Assembly (NCBI GenBank): GCA_963786935.1
Contig: CAWBAN010000005.1
Span: 192,001-256,000, forward strand
DNA length: 64,000 nt
Reading direction: 5' to 3'
Source: an uncultured bacterium
GTDB lineage: Bacteria > Krumholzibacteriota > Krumholzibacteriia > Krumholzibacteriales > Krumholzibacteriaceae
Under the pieces are notes generated by a model that worked only from the letters and a program-made list of their open reading frames with translations, made no database searches and was not told the origin of the DNA. The stretch's first letter is position 1. Each line of letters opens with the position of its first letter. Below, one piece after another: positions 19,035-29,339 of the stretch. The position numbers were made by a program, and so were the translations under genes.

Positions 19035-21389
19035 TTGAATCGCACACGGTACATCGTCATCCTCGCGGCGCTGTTCTGCCTCGCGAACGTCGCCCGCGGG
19101 GCGTACCGCGGACGGGTCGAGCAGCCCCGTTTCGCGGCCGAGGGCGCGGCCCATTTCCGGTACACGGAGATGGTCGCCGAGGGAAGGCAGATCCCGGCGC
19201 TCGATAGGCGCGCGCAGTGGCCCGAGGGGCTCCGCGTCTTCCGCGAGACGTCCCCCGCCATGGAATATCTCGTCGGCTGGACGTACCGCCTCCTGCCGGG
19301 AGACAAGCCGGATCTCGCGTCCTACGTGCGGTACTTCTCCGCGTTCTTCTTCTCCCTCGCGATCGTGCCGCTCGCGCTCATCTCGGCGAGGCTCTGGAAG
19401 AGCGCCGGCGCCGGCCTCCTCACGGCGCTCCTCGTCGCGGTCGCGCTCCCGCTCGTCGCGCGCTCGAGCGGATTCGACTACATCAGGGAGAACGTATCGC
19501 TGCCGTTCATCGCCTATCACCTGTTCTTCTACGTCGCCGCGTGCGCGGGAGGCGGCGCGGCGATGCCGGTCCTCTCGGGCGTGTTTCTCTTCGCGGCGCT
19601 CGCGTCGTGGCAGGGTTCGCAGTTCTACCTCGTTCCGTTTCTCGCGTTCATCCTCGTCCGCGGGATCGCCGCGGAGGAGACGCCGCACGCCCGCCGGGCG
19701 GGGCGCGCGGTCGTCTGCGCGATCGCCGCGGCGGGGGCGCTCGTCCCGTTTCTCCGGGAGAGCAGGTTCCTGCTCTCCATTCCGGCGGCGCTCGCCGCGG
19801 CCGTGCTCGCGGTCGATCTCCTCGCGCCGCGCCTCGCCGCCCGCGGCGGCCGGGGGAGGGAACGGAAGGGAGCGCCCGCCGGCGGGAACGCCGTGGCGGC
19901 GCGCGGGGCGATCGCGGCGGTCGCCGTCGCGGCGGTTATGCTTCCCGCCGTCGTTTCGGCGCGGCATTTCGCGTCCTACGCCCATTTCTTCGATCTCGTG
20001 ACGTACAAGCTGCGCTATCTCAGGAAGCCGGACGATCCGCGGCTCCTGCCGTTCGACGCGCGGGCGTTCTGGGTCGGCCCGTTCAACTCCCCGGACGCGC
20101 TTCACTTCTTCGTCTTCGCGCTGCCGATCACGCTGCTCCTGCCGGGCCCGCTCTCGATCCTCGCCTGGCGCGCCCGGCGTCGCGACGCCGAAGCGCTCGT
20201 TGTTCTCGTGCTGCTGGTCGTGTTCTTTCTGCTGTTTCTCCTCATGCAGCGGCTCTCGCCGCTGTTCGGATTCTTCGCCGCGATCGCGGCGGGCGGGAAC
20301 GTTCCCCTCCTCCTGCAGGCGCCGGGCATCCGCCGTCTGGCGAGCCCCGCCTGTCTCGTCATGGCGGCCGTCGTCGCCGTTTTCCTGTTCCAGGATTTCG
20401 GCTGGGAGGGAAGGCACGATTATTGGCGTCGGCTCGCCCGGACGCTCAAGGTGCCCGCGCGCGACCGCTTCACGATCTATCCGACCGCGGGGGACGTCGA
20501 AGGGGATCTCCTCGCGTGGGTGCGCGGAAACGTCGAGCCCGGCGCGGCCGTCATGTCGCTCCACTATTTCTCCCCGCAGGTGCTCACCTACGCGGACCGC
20601 GCGACGAATCTCAACGACTTCTTCGAATCCCCGCGGCTGCGGCGGAAGGCCGAGCGGCTTCTCGTCGCCCTGTATTCGGACGAGGAGACGCTGTACGGAT
20701 TCTGCGCGGAGCAATCGAGCGACTACCTCGTCGTCAGCTGCGCCGTCGGCTGCGACGCGACGAAGGATTCCCCGCTCTATCAGGCGGGATTCGTCAATAT
20801 GCCTCCCGATTGCGCGGCCTATCGCCTCATGTTCGATCCCGGGCGGCTCTCGCGATTCGATCTCGCGTACGAGAACGAGATGTACCGCGTGTTCCGCGTC
20901 GGGCGCGCGGCGAGCCCGCGCGCCTGGCCGCGCTCGCCGCTCTTCTACGAGAAGGATCTCCTCTGGGGCATGGGGGGCGGCATCGACCGCTTCTACGGCT
21001 CCGCGATGCGGATATACGCGCTCACGTCGCGCGGACGAACGCAGCTTCTCCGGGGACGCGAGCAGGACGGGGAGCGGAGCCTCATCGAGGCGCTCCGGAT
21101 ATTCTATTTCTATCCGGCGTGGAAAGCGCTCGACGGGCTCTACGCGCGGCGCGACCGCGTCGCGGAGCGGGAGACGGCGGCCGCGTTCGCGTACCGCTAC
21201 GATCCGAACCGCGCCGACGTCTGCCTCGCGCTCGCTGAGAGCCGGCTCGCGCGCGGATCGACCGAAGGGGTGCGGGAGATTCTCGACCGGTTCATGGAGC
21301 TCCCCGCCCCCGTCGGCGACCGGTCGCGCGCCGCAGCTCTGCTCGAAACGCTCGGGGGCGGCGAGAGCCGGCCGGAAGGGCGCCGATGA
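19035..21389 (+). CDS. DPY19/STT3-like GT-C glycosyltransferase with C-terminal helical (TPR-like) tail
   Basis: TTG start after GGGAG; FAAEGAAHFRY, RENVSLPF, SWQGSQF, LMQRL and LLAWVR...NDFFE motifs; no WWDYG. Confidence 0.7.
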   Translation: MNRTRYIVILAALFCLANVARGAYRGRVEQPRFAAEGAAHFRYTEMVAEGRQIPALDRRAQWPEGLRVFRETSPAMEYLVGWTYRLLPGDKPDLASYVRYFSAFFFSLAIVPLALISARLWKSAGAGLLTALLVAVALPLVARSSGFDYIRENVSLPFIAYHLFFYVAACAGGGAAMPVLSGVFLFAALASWQGSQFYLVPFLAFILVRGIAAEETPHARRAGRAVVCAIAAAGALVPFLRESRFLLSIPAALAAAVLAVDLLAPRLAARGGRGRERKGAPAGGNAVAARGAIAAVAVAAVMLPAVVSARHFASYAHFFDLVTYKLRYLRKPDDPRLLPFDARAFWVGPFNSPDALHFFVFALPITLLLPGPLSILAWRARRRDAEALVVLVLLVVFFLLFLLMQRLSPLFGFFAAIAAGGNVPLLLQAPGIRRLASPACLVMAAVVAVFLFQDFGWEGRHDYWRRLARTLKVPARDRFTIYPTAGDVEGDLLAWVRGNVEPGAAVMSLHYFSPQVLTYADRATNLNDFFESPRLRRKAERLLVALYSDEETLYGFCAEQSSDYLVVSCAVGCDATKDSPLYQAGFVNMPPDCAAYRLMFDPGRLSRFDLAYENEMYRVFRVGRAASPRAWPRSPLFYEKDLLWGMGGGIDRFYGSAMRIYALTSRGRTQLLRGREQDGERSLIEALRIFYFYPAWKALDGLYARRDRVAERETAAAFAYRYDPNRADVCLALAESRLARGSTEGVREILDRFMELPAPVGDRSRAAALLETLGGGESRPEGRR

Positions 21390-23050
21390 GGGGAATCGCC
21401 GGTGCCCCGGGGGCCGCGCCCGGCCGCGCCGTCCGCGCGCCGCGGGGCGGGTGGGCGTTCCGCGTCGCGCTCGCCGCCGTCGCGGCGTCCTGCGCCGTGT
21501 TCGTCCTCGCCGCCGGCACGCCGCGGCTCCTCACGGTCGTTCCCGACGACGCCGCGTACTACTTCGAGATCGCGGAGAACGCGGCCGCCGGCAGGGGGCT
21601 CACCTTCGACGGGCTCAACCGGACGAACGGCTTCCAGCCGCTCTGGCTCGCCGTTCTCGTGCCCGTCTGCGCCGTCCATCGCGGCGAGCCGGAAACGATG
21701 CTCAGGATCTTCCTGCTCCTCCAGATCGCGCTGCTGTCGGGCGCCGGCGCCCTCATCCATTCGCTCCTGGCGCGGTATTACCGGCCGTCCGTCGCGTTCC
21801 TCGGCGGCATGCTCTTCGTATTCGCCGTGTTCCTTCCCGCCGTCAACGGGATGGAATCGGCGATTCTCGTATTCTGCCTCGCGCTCGCCCTTCGCGACGC
21901 CGCGAGATCCGCGCTCGTCGTCGGGGGGAGCGGGAAACGGCATCTGCTCTTCGGGCTGCTCCTCGGCCTCATCGTCCTCGCGCGGCTCGACATGATATTC
22001 GTCCCCGTCGTCGTAGGCGCGGCGTGCCTCGTCCGGATCGTCGCGGAACGGCAGCGGCGCGGGGCGGCGGCGCGCCGGCTCCTCGGGCTCGCCGCGGGCG
22101 TCGCGCTCGTCGTCGGGCCGTATCTCGCGTTCAATCTCGTATCCTTCGGCGGCATGATGCCGATGAGCGGCATGCTCAAATCGAGCTTTCCCTCGATCGC
22201 CTTTTCCGGAGGAATGCCGGCGGGATTGGGGAAGCGCCCGCTCTTCGGCCTCGTTCTCGCGGCCGCGTATCTCGCGTGGTTCGGCGCGCGATACGGGGAG
22301 CTCCGGCGCGACCGTTCGGGGCGCCTCGCGTTCCAGGGAGGCATGGCGCTCGCGGCCGCCGCGGTGCTGCTGCATTTCCTGCACACGGTTCTTTTCATGA
22401 AGTGGGCCGTCTTCTCCTGGCACTTCATTCCGTACGCGCTCCTCGGATGTCTCGTCGCGTGCGAACCGCTCGCGCGCGCGTTCTCCGGCGCGCTCGCGGG
22501 GGCGCGGCGCGCGGCGTACGCGACGGTCGCCGCGGCGATACTGTGCGCGGGGCTCTTCGGCGCGATCCGCTCGTTCGACCGGCCCCTCGGGCGGAGCTGG
22601 TGCGTGGCCGCCTACGACGCCGCGCGCTGGGCGCGGCGCGAGACCCCCGCGGCGGCGGTGTTCGCCATGAAGGACGCGGGCACCTTCGGTTATTTCAGCG
22701 GGCGATCGACCGTCAATCTCGACGGCGTCGTGAACGGCCTCGATCTTCAGCGCGCGCTCCGGGACAAGGCGCTCGCCCGTTATCTCGCGAGGCTCGGCGT
22801 CCGTTATATCGTGCAGCACGCGTTCTGGGACCGTCCCGATATCGTCGCCGGCGACTACGGGGAGCTCCGGATGAGCTTCCGGAGCCGCCTCTACGAGGCG
22901 GACAGCGACGAGATCGTCGTCTACCGGAGCGACGAGGCGTATCGCTCCCGCCCGTACTCCGACGGTCCGTACGAGACCGTGTTCCTCGTCTGGAGACTGC
23001 GGTCGACGGCGGGGGAGAGGAGCGCGCCGGCTCTCCCCGGCGTCCGATGA
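21386..23050 (+). CDS. GT-C-fold membrane glycosyltransferase
   Basis: PDDAAYYFEIAEN, TNGFQPLW, NGMES, LARLD and DAGTFGYFS...NLDGVVN; ATGA overlap with the upstream gene. Confidence 0.75.
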   Translation: MRGIAGAPGAAPGRAVRAPRGGWAFRVALAAVAASCAVFVLAAGTPRLLTVVPDDAAYYFEIAENAAAGRGLTFDGLNRTNGFQPLWLAVLVPVCAVHRGEPETMLRIFLLLQIALLSGAGALIHSLLARYYRPSVAFLGGMLFVFAVFLPAVNGMESAILVFCLALALRDAARSALVVGGSGKRHLLFGLLLGLIVLARLDMIFVPVVVGAACLVRIVAERQRRGAAARRLLGLAAGVALVVGPYLAFNLVSFGGMMPMSGMLKSSFPSIAFSGGMPAGLGKRPLFGLVLAAAYLAWFGARYGELRRDRSGRLAFQGGMALAAAAVLLHFLHTVLFMKWAVFSWHFIPYALLGCLVACEPLARAFSGALAGARRAAYATVAAAILCAGLFGAIRSFDRPLGRSWCVAAYDAARWARRETPAAAVFAMKDAGTFGYFSGRSTVNLDGVVNGLDLQRALRDKALARYLARLGVRYIVQHAFWDRPDIVAGDYGELRMSFRSRLYEADSDEIVVYRSDEAYRSRPYSDGPYETVFLVWRLRSTAGERSAPALPGVR

Positions 23051-23054
23051 GCAT

Positions 23055-23083
23055 TTGACAACGGCCGGCGCCGCCCGTATAAT
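23055..23083 (+). promoter_or_regulatory. Consensus sigma70 promoter for the Na/Pi cotransporter
   Basis: TTGACA-17 bp-TATAAT, an exact consensus match. Confidence 0.85.
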
Positions 23084-23134
23084 GCGACTCGCCTTGTCCG
23101 CATCGCACTCGAGCATCCGCCGGGAGGGCGACAC

Positions 23135-24790
23135 GTGCATTACCAGAACTACTTCGCGTTGATCGGCGGGCTCGGCTTTTTCTTCTACGGCATCCGCCTG
23201 ATGTCGGACAGCCTCCGCAAGGTTTCGAGCGACCGGCTCAAGAACGTTCTCGAGCTCCTCACCCGCAACCGGTTCATCAGCCTGCTCACGGGCATCGTCG
23301 TGACGACGCTCATCCAGAGCTCGAGCGCGCTCACCGTCATGCTCGTCGGATTCGTGAACGCGGGGCTCATGACCCTCCGGCAGGCGATCCCGGTCATCTT
23401 CGGGGCCAATATCGGGACGACGACGATGGCGTGGATCGTGAGCTTCGTCGCGCTCCTCGACATATTCGCCTTCGCGCTTCCCCTCGTGGCGATCGGGTTC
23501 CTCATGATGGAGGTGCCGAAGCGGCCGCACGTGAAGAACTGGGGAGGGGCGATCTTCGGGTTCGCCATCCTCATGGTCGGTCTCGGCTTCATGAAGGATT
23601 CGGTCGCGCCGCTCCAGGCGAGCCAGCAGGTCCGCGACGTCATGGTCAACTTCAGCCGCTATCCGATTCTCGGCGTGCTCGTCGGAACCATCGTGACGAT
23701 GGTGCTCCAGAGCAGCGGAGCGACGATCGCGATCGTGCAGGTGCTCGCCTTCCGGGGGCTCATCGATTTCCCGTCCTCCGTGTCCCTCATCCTCGGGGAC
23801 AACATCGGGACGACGATCACCGCGCAGCTCGCCGCGATCGGGACGAACACGGGCGCCAAACGCGTCGCCTGGGCGCACACGATGTTCAACGTCTTCGGGG
23901 TCTGCTACATGCTCGTGTTCGTGTACCTCGGATGGTATCCGCGGCTGATCCAGTCGTTCTTCCCCGGCGGGATCACCGAGAACAACATCATGATGCACAT
24001 CGCGCTCGCGCACACCATCTTCAACGTGACCAACACGATCGTCTTCCTTCCCGGGACGCGGCTCCTCCAGCGGGTCGTCGAGAGAATCGTCCCGCAGAAG
24101 GAGGAGCTCATCAGCATGCGGCCCCAGTATCTCGAGAAGCGCCTCCTCGAGACCCCCATCATCGCGCTCGAGCAGAGCAAGAAGGAGATCATCTCGATGC
24201 TCCGGCTCGCCGATTCGGCGCTGCGGGATTCGTTCGGGCTCTTCTTCACCGAGAAATGGGATCTCGAGCAGAAGGTCAAGCGCAAGGAGGAGGCCGTCGA
24301 CAACCTGCAGGCGGAGATCACGCGATATCTCATCGACATCTCCATGCGCCAGCTCGACGAATCGGAGGCGGAGCAGATCCCCGTCCTCATCCATACGGTG
24401 AACGACGTCGAGCGGATCGGAGATCACGCGGAGAACATCCTCGAGCTCGCCCAGCGGAAGATCGGCCAGAAGCTCGCCTTCAGCGAGGACGCGAAGGCGG
24501 AGCTGAGACGGATGATCGAGACGGTACAGGAGATGATCAACGAGGTCGCCCTCGGCCTCGAAACGGGGGATCACTCCCACGCCCACCGCGCGCTCCACTG
24601 CGAGGAGCAGCTCAACCGGATGCAGATCGAGCTCCGGCATTCTCACGTGCAGCGGCTCAACGACGGCTCATGCAAGGTGCTGTCGGGGCTCGTGTATCTC
24701 GATTTCGTGGATTTTCTTGAGAAGATCGGCGACCATCTCACCAACATCGCTCAGGGATTGCTCAGCGGGCTTCGCTGGGAATCGGACTGA
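23135..24790 (+). CDS. Na+/Pi cotransporter family protein with PhoU domains
   Basis: QSSSA, GANIGTT and GDNIGTT repeats; ERIGDHAENI and EKIGDHLTNI PhoU motifs. Confidence 0.93.
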   Translation: MHYQNYFALIGGLGFFFYGIRLMSDSLRKVSSDRLKNVLELLTRNRFISLLTGIVVTTLIQSSSALTVMLVGFVNAGLMTLRQAIPVIFGANIGTTTMAWIVSFVALLDIFAFALPLVAIGFLMMEVPKRPHVKNWGGAIFGFAILMVGLGFMKDSVAPLQASQQVRDVMVNFSRYPILGVLVGTIVTMVLQSSGATIAIVQVLAFRGLIDFPSSVSLILGDNIGTTITAQLAAIGTNTGAKRVAWAHTMFNVFGVCYMLVFVYLGWYPRLIQSFFPGGITENNIMMHIALAHTIFNVTNTIVFLPGTRLLQRVVERIVPQKEELISMRPQYLEKRLLETPIIALEQSKKEIISMLRLADSALRDSFGLFFTEKWDLEQKVKRKEEAVDNLQAEITRYLIDISMRQLDESEAEQIPVLIHTVNDVERIGDHAENILELAQRKIGQKLAFSEDAKAELRRMIETVQEMINEVALGLETGDHSHAHRALHCEEQLNRMQIELRHSHVQRLNDGSCKVLSGLVYLDFVDFLEKIGDHLTNIAQGLLSGLRWESD

Positions 24791-26901
24791 GCCGGATTCC
24801 ATATTCCCAGCTGCTTCTCGAGCCGCTCGATGTGCACCGGCGCCGCCGAGTAGATCGGATCGAAGTCGCGGGCGAGCCGCATGTGGCGGAGCGCCCCCCG
24901 GTAATCCCCGAGCTTGTCGAGCACGATCCCCATGTTGAAGTGCAGGCTCGATTCGTACGGGTGCCGCGCGATCGCCGCGTCGAGGATCTCGCGGGCCTCA
25001 TTCATCCGGTTCAGCCTCATTTCGATCACGGCGAGATTGTTGGAGGCGCGCCAGTCGTCGGGGTAGGTCGCGATGACGCGCTCGTACATCGCCCGCGCGT
25101 CGTCGATCCGGTTCGCCTCCTGGAGCTCGGCCCCCCGGTTGAGCATCGCCGAGACGAGGTTCCGGACGTTCTCCTCGTTTCCGGGCTCGAGGGCGAGCGC
25201 GCGTTCGTACGCCGCGATGGCCGGCTCGTAGCGGTTGCCGTTGTTCCGCGCGAATCCGAGACGCCGCCAGAACGCGACGCTCTCGGGGTAGGCGACGGTG
25301 AGCGTTTCGAGCTGAGCGATCGCCTCGGGAAACCAGCGGTTCGCGATGAGGGCGTCGGCGAGCTCGAATCGCGCGTGCGGGGCGCCCGGCTCGAGCTCGT
25401 GCGCGTCGAGGAAGCGGGTGATCGCCTCGGGGTATTCCTCGCGCTTCATCGCGATCCTCCCCAGACGCGCGTTCGCGAGGGCGTTGGCGGGATGCTTCTC
25501 GATCGAGACGAGATACGAGGCGTGGGCCTTCTCGACATCCCCGCCCTCGAGGGCGAAATCGGCGACGATCATCTCCGCCCGGCCCGGGTCGAGGTCGAGC
25601 CCGAAGAGACGCCGCTCCGCCCACCGCGGCGAAGCGTCGGCGAGCACGAGGGGGATCGTATGGAAGAGCCCGGCGAGAGCGAGCGCGAAGACGGCCCGTT
25701 TGAGATGCTCCGTGCCGGCGAGCTCCCGCGAAAGAGCGCACAGCGTGAAAACCGACAGCACGGGGCCCGCCACGGCGAGCGCGTGCCACGCGAGACCTCC
25801 CTCGACGGCGCCGGCGCCGAGGACGATGCCGGCGACGGCGGAGGCGGCGCACAGGCCGAGAAACGCGAGCTCGCCGGGAGCGCCGTCATCCGGCGTTGTC
25901 CGCGCGCGCTTCCGGACGCCGGCGGCGAGGAGAACGGCTCCCGCGGCCGAGGCCGGTCCGAGGATCAAGATCTCGTTGAGGGCGCTCAACAGGTCGCGGC
26001 CGCCGAACGGGAAATTCATCGAGAGCGAGGCCGGCCAGCCGTTTCCCGACGCTTTCGCGATCGCCGCGAGCGCGATCTGCGCGCCCGCGAGACAGAGAAC
26101 GAACAGCCCGCCGGCAGCGAGCGCCCGCCTCCGCGAACCGGGCGCGCGGGCGGCGCGCGCGAGGAGATAGACGAACGGGGGCACGAGGATCGCGGCCGAG
26201 AAGTGAACGTGCACGGCGGCGGCGAGGAGGATCGCGGGAAGCGCGGGGGAGCATGTGCCCCGCAGGGAGCGGATCGACTCCGTGACGAAGGCGAGCGCGG
26301 CGACGATCGCGAGCTGCGCGGTTCCGCCCGCGCCGAAGAAGAGGGCCGCGAAGCCCCCTGAAAGCAGCACGGCGGCCGCGGGACGCTCGAGCCCGCCGTT
26401 CTCCCGCTCGCCGAAGAGGAGCCCGGCCGCCCGGACGGCGAGCACCGCGTAGATCGCGCCGGCGAGGATGCTGAAGAAAGTGAGGATCGAGCCGGCGCTC
26501 GAGAGGAACACGGTGTTCATGAACCGGTAGGCCGCCCACTGGATGAAGGTGCCGAGCAGCGCGTTGGGCGGGTACGCGCCCGTTTCGATCGCCGCGCCCA
26601 GCGCAAAGCGTTCTCCCCAGAGATCGGCGCGGGATCTGAGGAGCCACAGGAGAATCGCGGAGAGGGCCGCGACCGCGGCCAGCCGCGCGGCGCGGGAGGG
26701 GATACGGGGGATCGCCCGGAGCGGATCGGGCGCCGATTTCACGAACATCTGCGGGACGACGACGATCGCGAGGACGAGCCCGGCGAGCGGCGCGATCGCG
26801 CCCCATGCCGAGAGCCCCCAGAGCGTTTTGACCCGGAGAAACGACGCGACGAGAGCGAGCACCACGAAGCCCGCGGGCAGCGCGATCGAGATTCGTTTCA
26901 T
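24751..26901 (-). CDS. Polytopic membrane protein with C-terminal TPR repeats (possibly a degenerate GT-C)
   Basis: About 430 hydrophobic residues followed by multiple TPRs (AIAAYERALALEPGN). Confidence 0.75.
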   Translation of the reverse strand: MKRISIALPAGFVVLALVASFLRVKTLWGLSAWGAIAPLAGLVLAIVVVPQMFVKSAPDPLRAIPRIPSRAARLAAVAALSAILLWLLRSRADLWGERFALGAAIETGAYPPNALLGTFIQWAAYRFMNTVFLSSAGSILTFFSILAGAIYAVLAVRAAGLLFGERENGGLERPAAAVLLSGGFAALFFGAGGTAQLAIVAALAFVTESIRSLRGTCSPALPAILLAAAVHVHFSAAILVPPFVYLLARAARAPGSRRRALAAGGLFVLCLAGAQIALAAIAKASGNGWPASLSMNFPFGGRDLLSALNEILILGPASAAGAVLLAAGVRKRARTTPDDGAPGELAFLGLCAASAVAGIVLGAGAVEGGLAWHALAVAGPVLSVFTLCALSRELAGTEHLKRAVFALALAGLFHTIPLVLADASPRWAERRLFGLDLDPGRAEMIVADFALEGGDVEKAHASYLVSIEKHPANALANARLGRIAMKREEYPEAITRFLDAHELEPGAPHARFELADALIANRWFPEAIAQLETLTVAYPESVAFWRRLGFARNNGNRYEPAIAAYERALALEPGNEENVRNLVSAMLNRGAELQEANRIDDARAMYERVIATYPDDWRASNNLAVIEMRLNRMNEAREILDAAIARHPYESSLHFNMGIVLDKLGDYRGALRHMRLARDFDPIYSAAPVHIERLEKQLGIWNPAQSDSQRSPLSNP

Positions 26902-28166
26902 TCCGTCCTCTCCGCCTTCCGAAGCGTTCCCTCGGTCGCCGCCACGATCACCGCCGCCGACGAATCTCCGGTGATGTTAACGACTGTCCGGCACATGTCG
27001 AGAATCCGGTCGACGCCGAGGATGAGCGCGATCCCCTCGAGCGGGATGCCGACCGACGTGAGCACCATGGTGAGGGTGATGATCCCGACGCTCGGCACGC
27101 CCGCGGTCGCCACGGACGAGAGGGTCGCCATGAGAACGATCGTGAGCTGGTTGGGGATGGTGAGCGCGATCCCGTAGACCTGCGCGATGAAGACGGCGGC
27201 GACCCCCTGGTAGAGGGCGGTGCCGTCCATGTTGATCGTGGCGCCGAGCGGCAGCACGAAGCTCGCGATGTCCTTCGGCACGCCGAGATTCTCCTCGGCG
27301 CACTGCATGTTGACGGGGAGCGTCGCGTTGCTCGAGGACGTCGTGAAGGCGATGAGCTGCGCCGGACGCATTCCCTTGAAGAAGAACAGCGGGTTCATCC
27401 GCGCGAAGGTCCAGACGGCGAGGGAGTAGACCGCTCCCATATGGATGGCGAGCCCCGCGAGCACGACGAGCGCGTACTTGAGAAGGTTCAGAAGAATCTT
27501 CGCGCCGAACTGTCCGATCACGGCGGCGATGAGCACGAAAACGCCGATCGGCGCCACCTTCATGACGATATGGACCATCATGGTCATCGCGTCGCTCAAG
27601 GCGTCGAAAAAGTCGATCAGCATCTTCGCCTTGCCCCCGGGGATCAACGTCACCGCGACGCCGAGCATGATCGCGAAAAAGATGACCTGGAGCATGTCGC
27701 CCGCGGCGAGGCTCCCGATCGGATTCTTCGGGACGATGCCCGTCAGCACGTCGATGACGCGCGGGGCCTGCTCCGCGAGGCTGAGATCCTTCATCGCCTC
27801 TCCCTGGTACGACTCGAGGAGTTGAGCCTTGACGTCCGGGTTGAGGCCGACGCCCGGCTTGGCGACGTTCGCGATGAGGAGGCCGATCGTGATGGCGAGG
27901 GCCGTGGTGACGAGGTAGTAGACGATCGTCTTCGCCCCGATGCGCCCGAGCTTCCGCAGATCCCCGAGGCTCGCCGTCCCGACGAATATGGACGAGAAGA
28001 CGAGCGGCACGACGATCATCCAGATGAGGCGTATGAAGATATCCCCGATCGGCTTGATCACCTCGGCCCGCGGGCCGAGGATGAGCCCCGCCGGGATGCC
28101 GAGGATGAGCCCCGCGAAGATTTTCGTGTGAAGCGGCGTCCGCATGAACGACCTGAGAATATTCAT
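26898..28166 (-). CDS. Dicarboxylate/amino acid:cation symporter (GltP-like, DAACS family)
   Basis: AFTTSSSNATLP, LPLGATINMDGTALY and DRILDMCRTVVNITGD. Confidence 0.95.
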   Translation of the reverse strand: MNILRSFMRTPLHTKIFAGLILGIPAGLILGPRAEVIKPIGDIFIRLIWMIVVPLVFSSIFVGTASLGDLRKLGRIGAKTIVYYLVTTALAITIGLLIANVAKPGVGLNPDVKAQLLESYQGEAMKDLSLAEQAPRVIDVLTGIVPKNPIGSLAAGDMLQVIFFAIMLGVAVTLIPGGKAKMLIDFFDALSDAMTMMVHIVMKVAPIGVFVLIAAVIGQFGAKILLNLLKYALVVLAGLAIHMGAVYSLAVWTFARMNPLFFFKGMRPAQLIAFTTSSSNATLPVNMQCAEENLGVPKDIASFVLPLGATINMDGTALYQGVAAVFIAQVYGIALTIPNQLTIVLMATLSSVATAGVPSVGIITLTMVLTSVGIPLEGIALILGVDRILDMCRTVVNITGDSSAAVIVAATEGTLRKAERTE

Positions 28167-28215
28167 GAATGCCTCCGCGCGAGCGCTTCGAGCCGAAAGG
28201 CCTTGGAATCACCCC

Positions 28216-28244
28216 ACTGTAAGCCCAAAATCGACGTCATTCAA
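28216..28244 (-). promoter_or_regulatory. Putative sigma70 promoter for the symporter
   Basis: Minus strand reads TTGAAT-17 bp-TACAGT. Confidence 0.5.
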
Positions 28245-28295
28245 TCGACTTTCACGAGGCCGTCTCTTTTTTCGGCGCCGGAGCGCCGCCCCCGC

Positions 28296-29261
28296 TCACG
28301 CGCCGCGGAACGAGGGGTAATCGATTCCGAACCGGCGCCGGTAGTAGAGTCGCGTGAGGAGGATCACCGCGGCGAGAAACGGCAGGTAGATCGGAAAGAG
28401 ATACCCCGCGGCGATCGAGAAGAAGAGCGTCGCCGTCTTCACCGGAACGAGCGCGTCGCCGCTTCTCGCCGGGCTCGTGACGGATCGCACCGGGATCAGG
28501 AAAAAGGGGAGAGACAGGATCGAAGCGGCGAGCGCCGGCATGTTCCCCGCGCGATATGCCGCCACCACCGCAGCTCCCATGAGCGCGGTCGAGACGAAGA
28601 GCCCCCGCGAGAGGCCGAGGGCGGCGCCGCTCGTCCTGAAGCCCATCTTCGAGTCGGCCTCGCCGTCGGCGAGCGTCGTGGCGAGGTGAACCGATGCGAC
28701 GGCGAAAGGGTAGGGGGCGAGCGACGGCCAGCCCCCCAGCGGCGCCCCCGCGGCGACCCAGCCGGCGAGCGTGTTGAGCACGCCGTTCCCGACCGCGTTC
28801 GCGAGCGTGTCGAGGACGGGGCGCCGTTTGAGGCGGACGGGCTCGAGCGAGTAGGCCGCGCCGAGCGCGAGGCTCGCCGCGAGAATCACCGAGAACGCGA
28901 CAGGCAGGAAGATGAGCGCGACGCCGAAGGAGACGGCGACGAGCGTGGCCGCCTCGATCCACGCCGCGCGCGCCGGCACGATTCCCTTCGAAAGGAGAAA
29001 CAGCTTGTTCGCCGCGAGGTCGGCGTCGCGATCGGCGATCTGGTTCGCGATGTAGATCGCGCCGAGGAGCGCGGTGAAGGAAAAGAGCCCCGCGAGGAGG
29101 CGGAGCGCGTCGATCTCGATCCCCGCGGCGGCCGCGCCGTGGCGCGCGCCGAGGAGAAAGAAGGTCCAGACGGGGATGAGGATCATGGGTCTCAGGAGAA
29201 ACACGTAATCGAGGAATCGCGCGCTCGTCCGGGATTCGCCGATCGGCGTCTTCGAGTTCAT
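28296..29261 (-). CDS. UbiA-family prenyltransferase
   Basis: NQIADRDADLAANK, YSLEPVRLK and DGEAD...G motifs. Confidence 0.85.
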   Translation of the reverse strand: MNSKTPIGESRTSARFLDYVFLLRPMILIPVWTFFLLGARHGAAAAGIEIDALRLLAGLFSFTALLGAIYIANQIADRDADLAANKLFLLSKGIVPARAAWIEAATLVAVSFGVALIFLPVAFSVILAASLALGAAYSLEPVRLKRRPVLDTLANAVGNGVLNTLAGWVAAGAPLGGWPSLAPYPFAVASVHLATTLADGEADSKMGFRTSGAALGLSRGLFVSTALMGAAVVAAYRAGNMPALAASILSLPFFLIPVRSVTSPARSGDALVPVKTATLFFSIAAGYLFPIYLPFLAAVILLTRLYYRRRFGIDYPSFRGA

Positions 29262-29339
29262 CGCGGAGCTTCTCCCCGTCGTATCGCCCGACGGCCCGCG
29301 CGGCGGGCGAGCCGCGCGGGAATCGAGGCGTCGCAGCTC

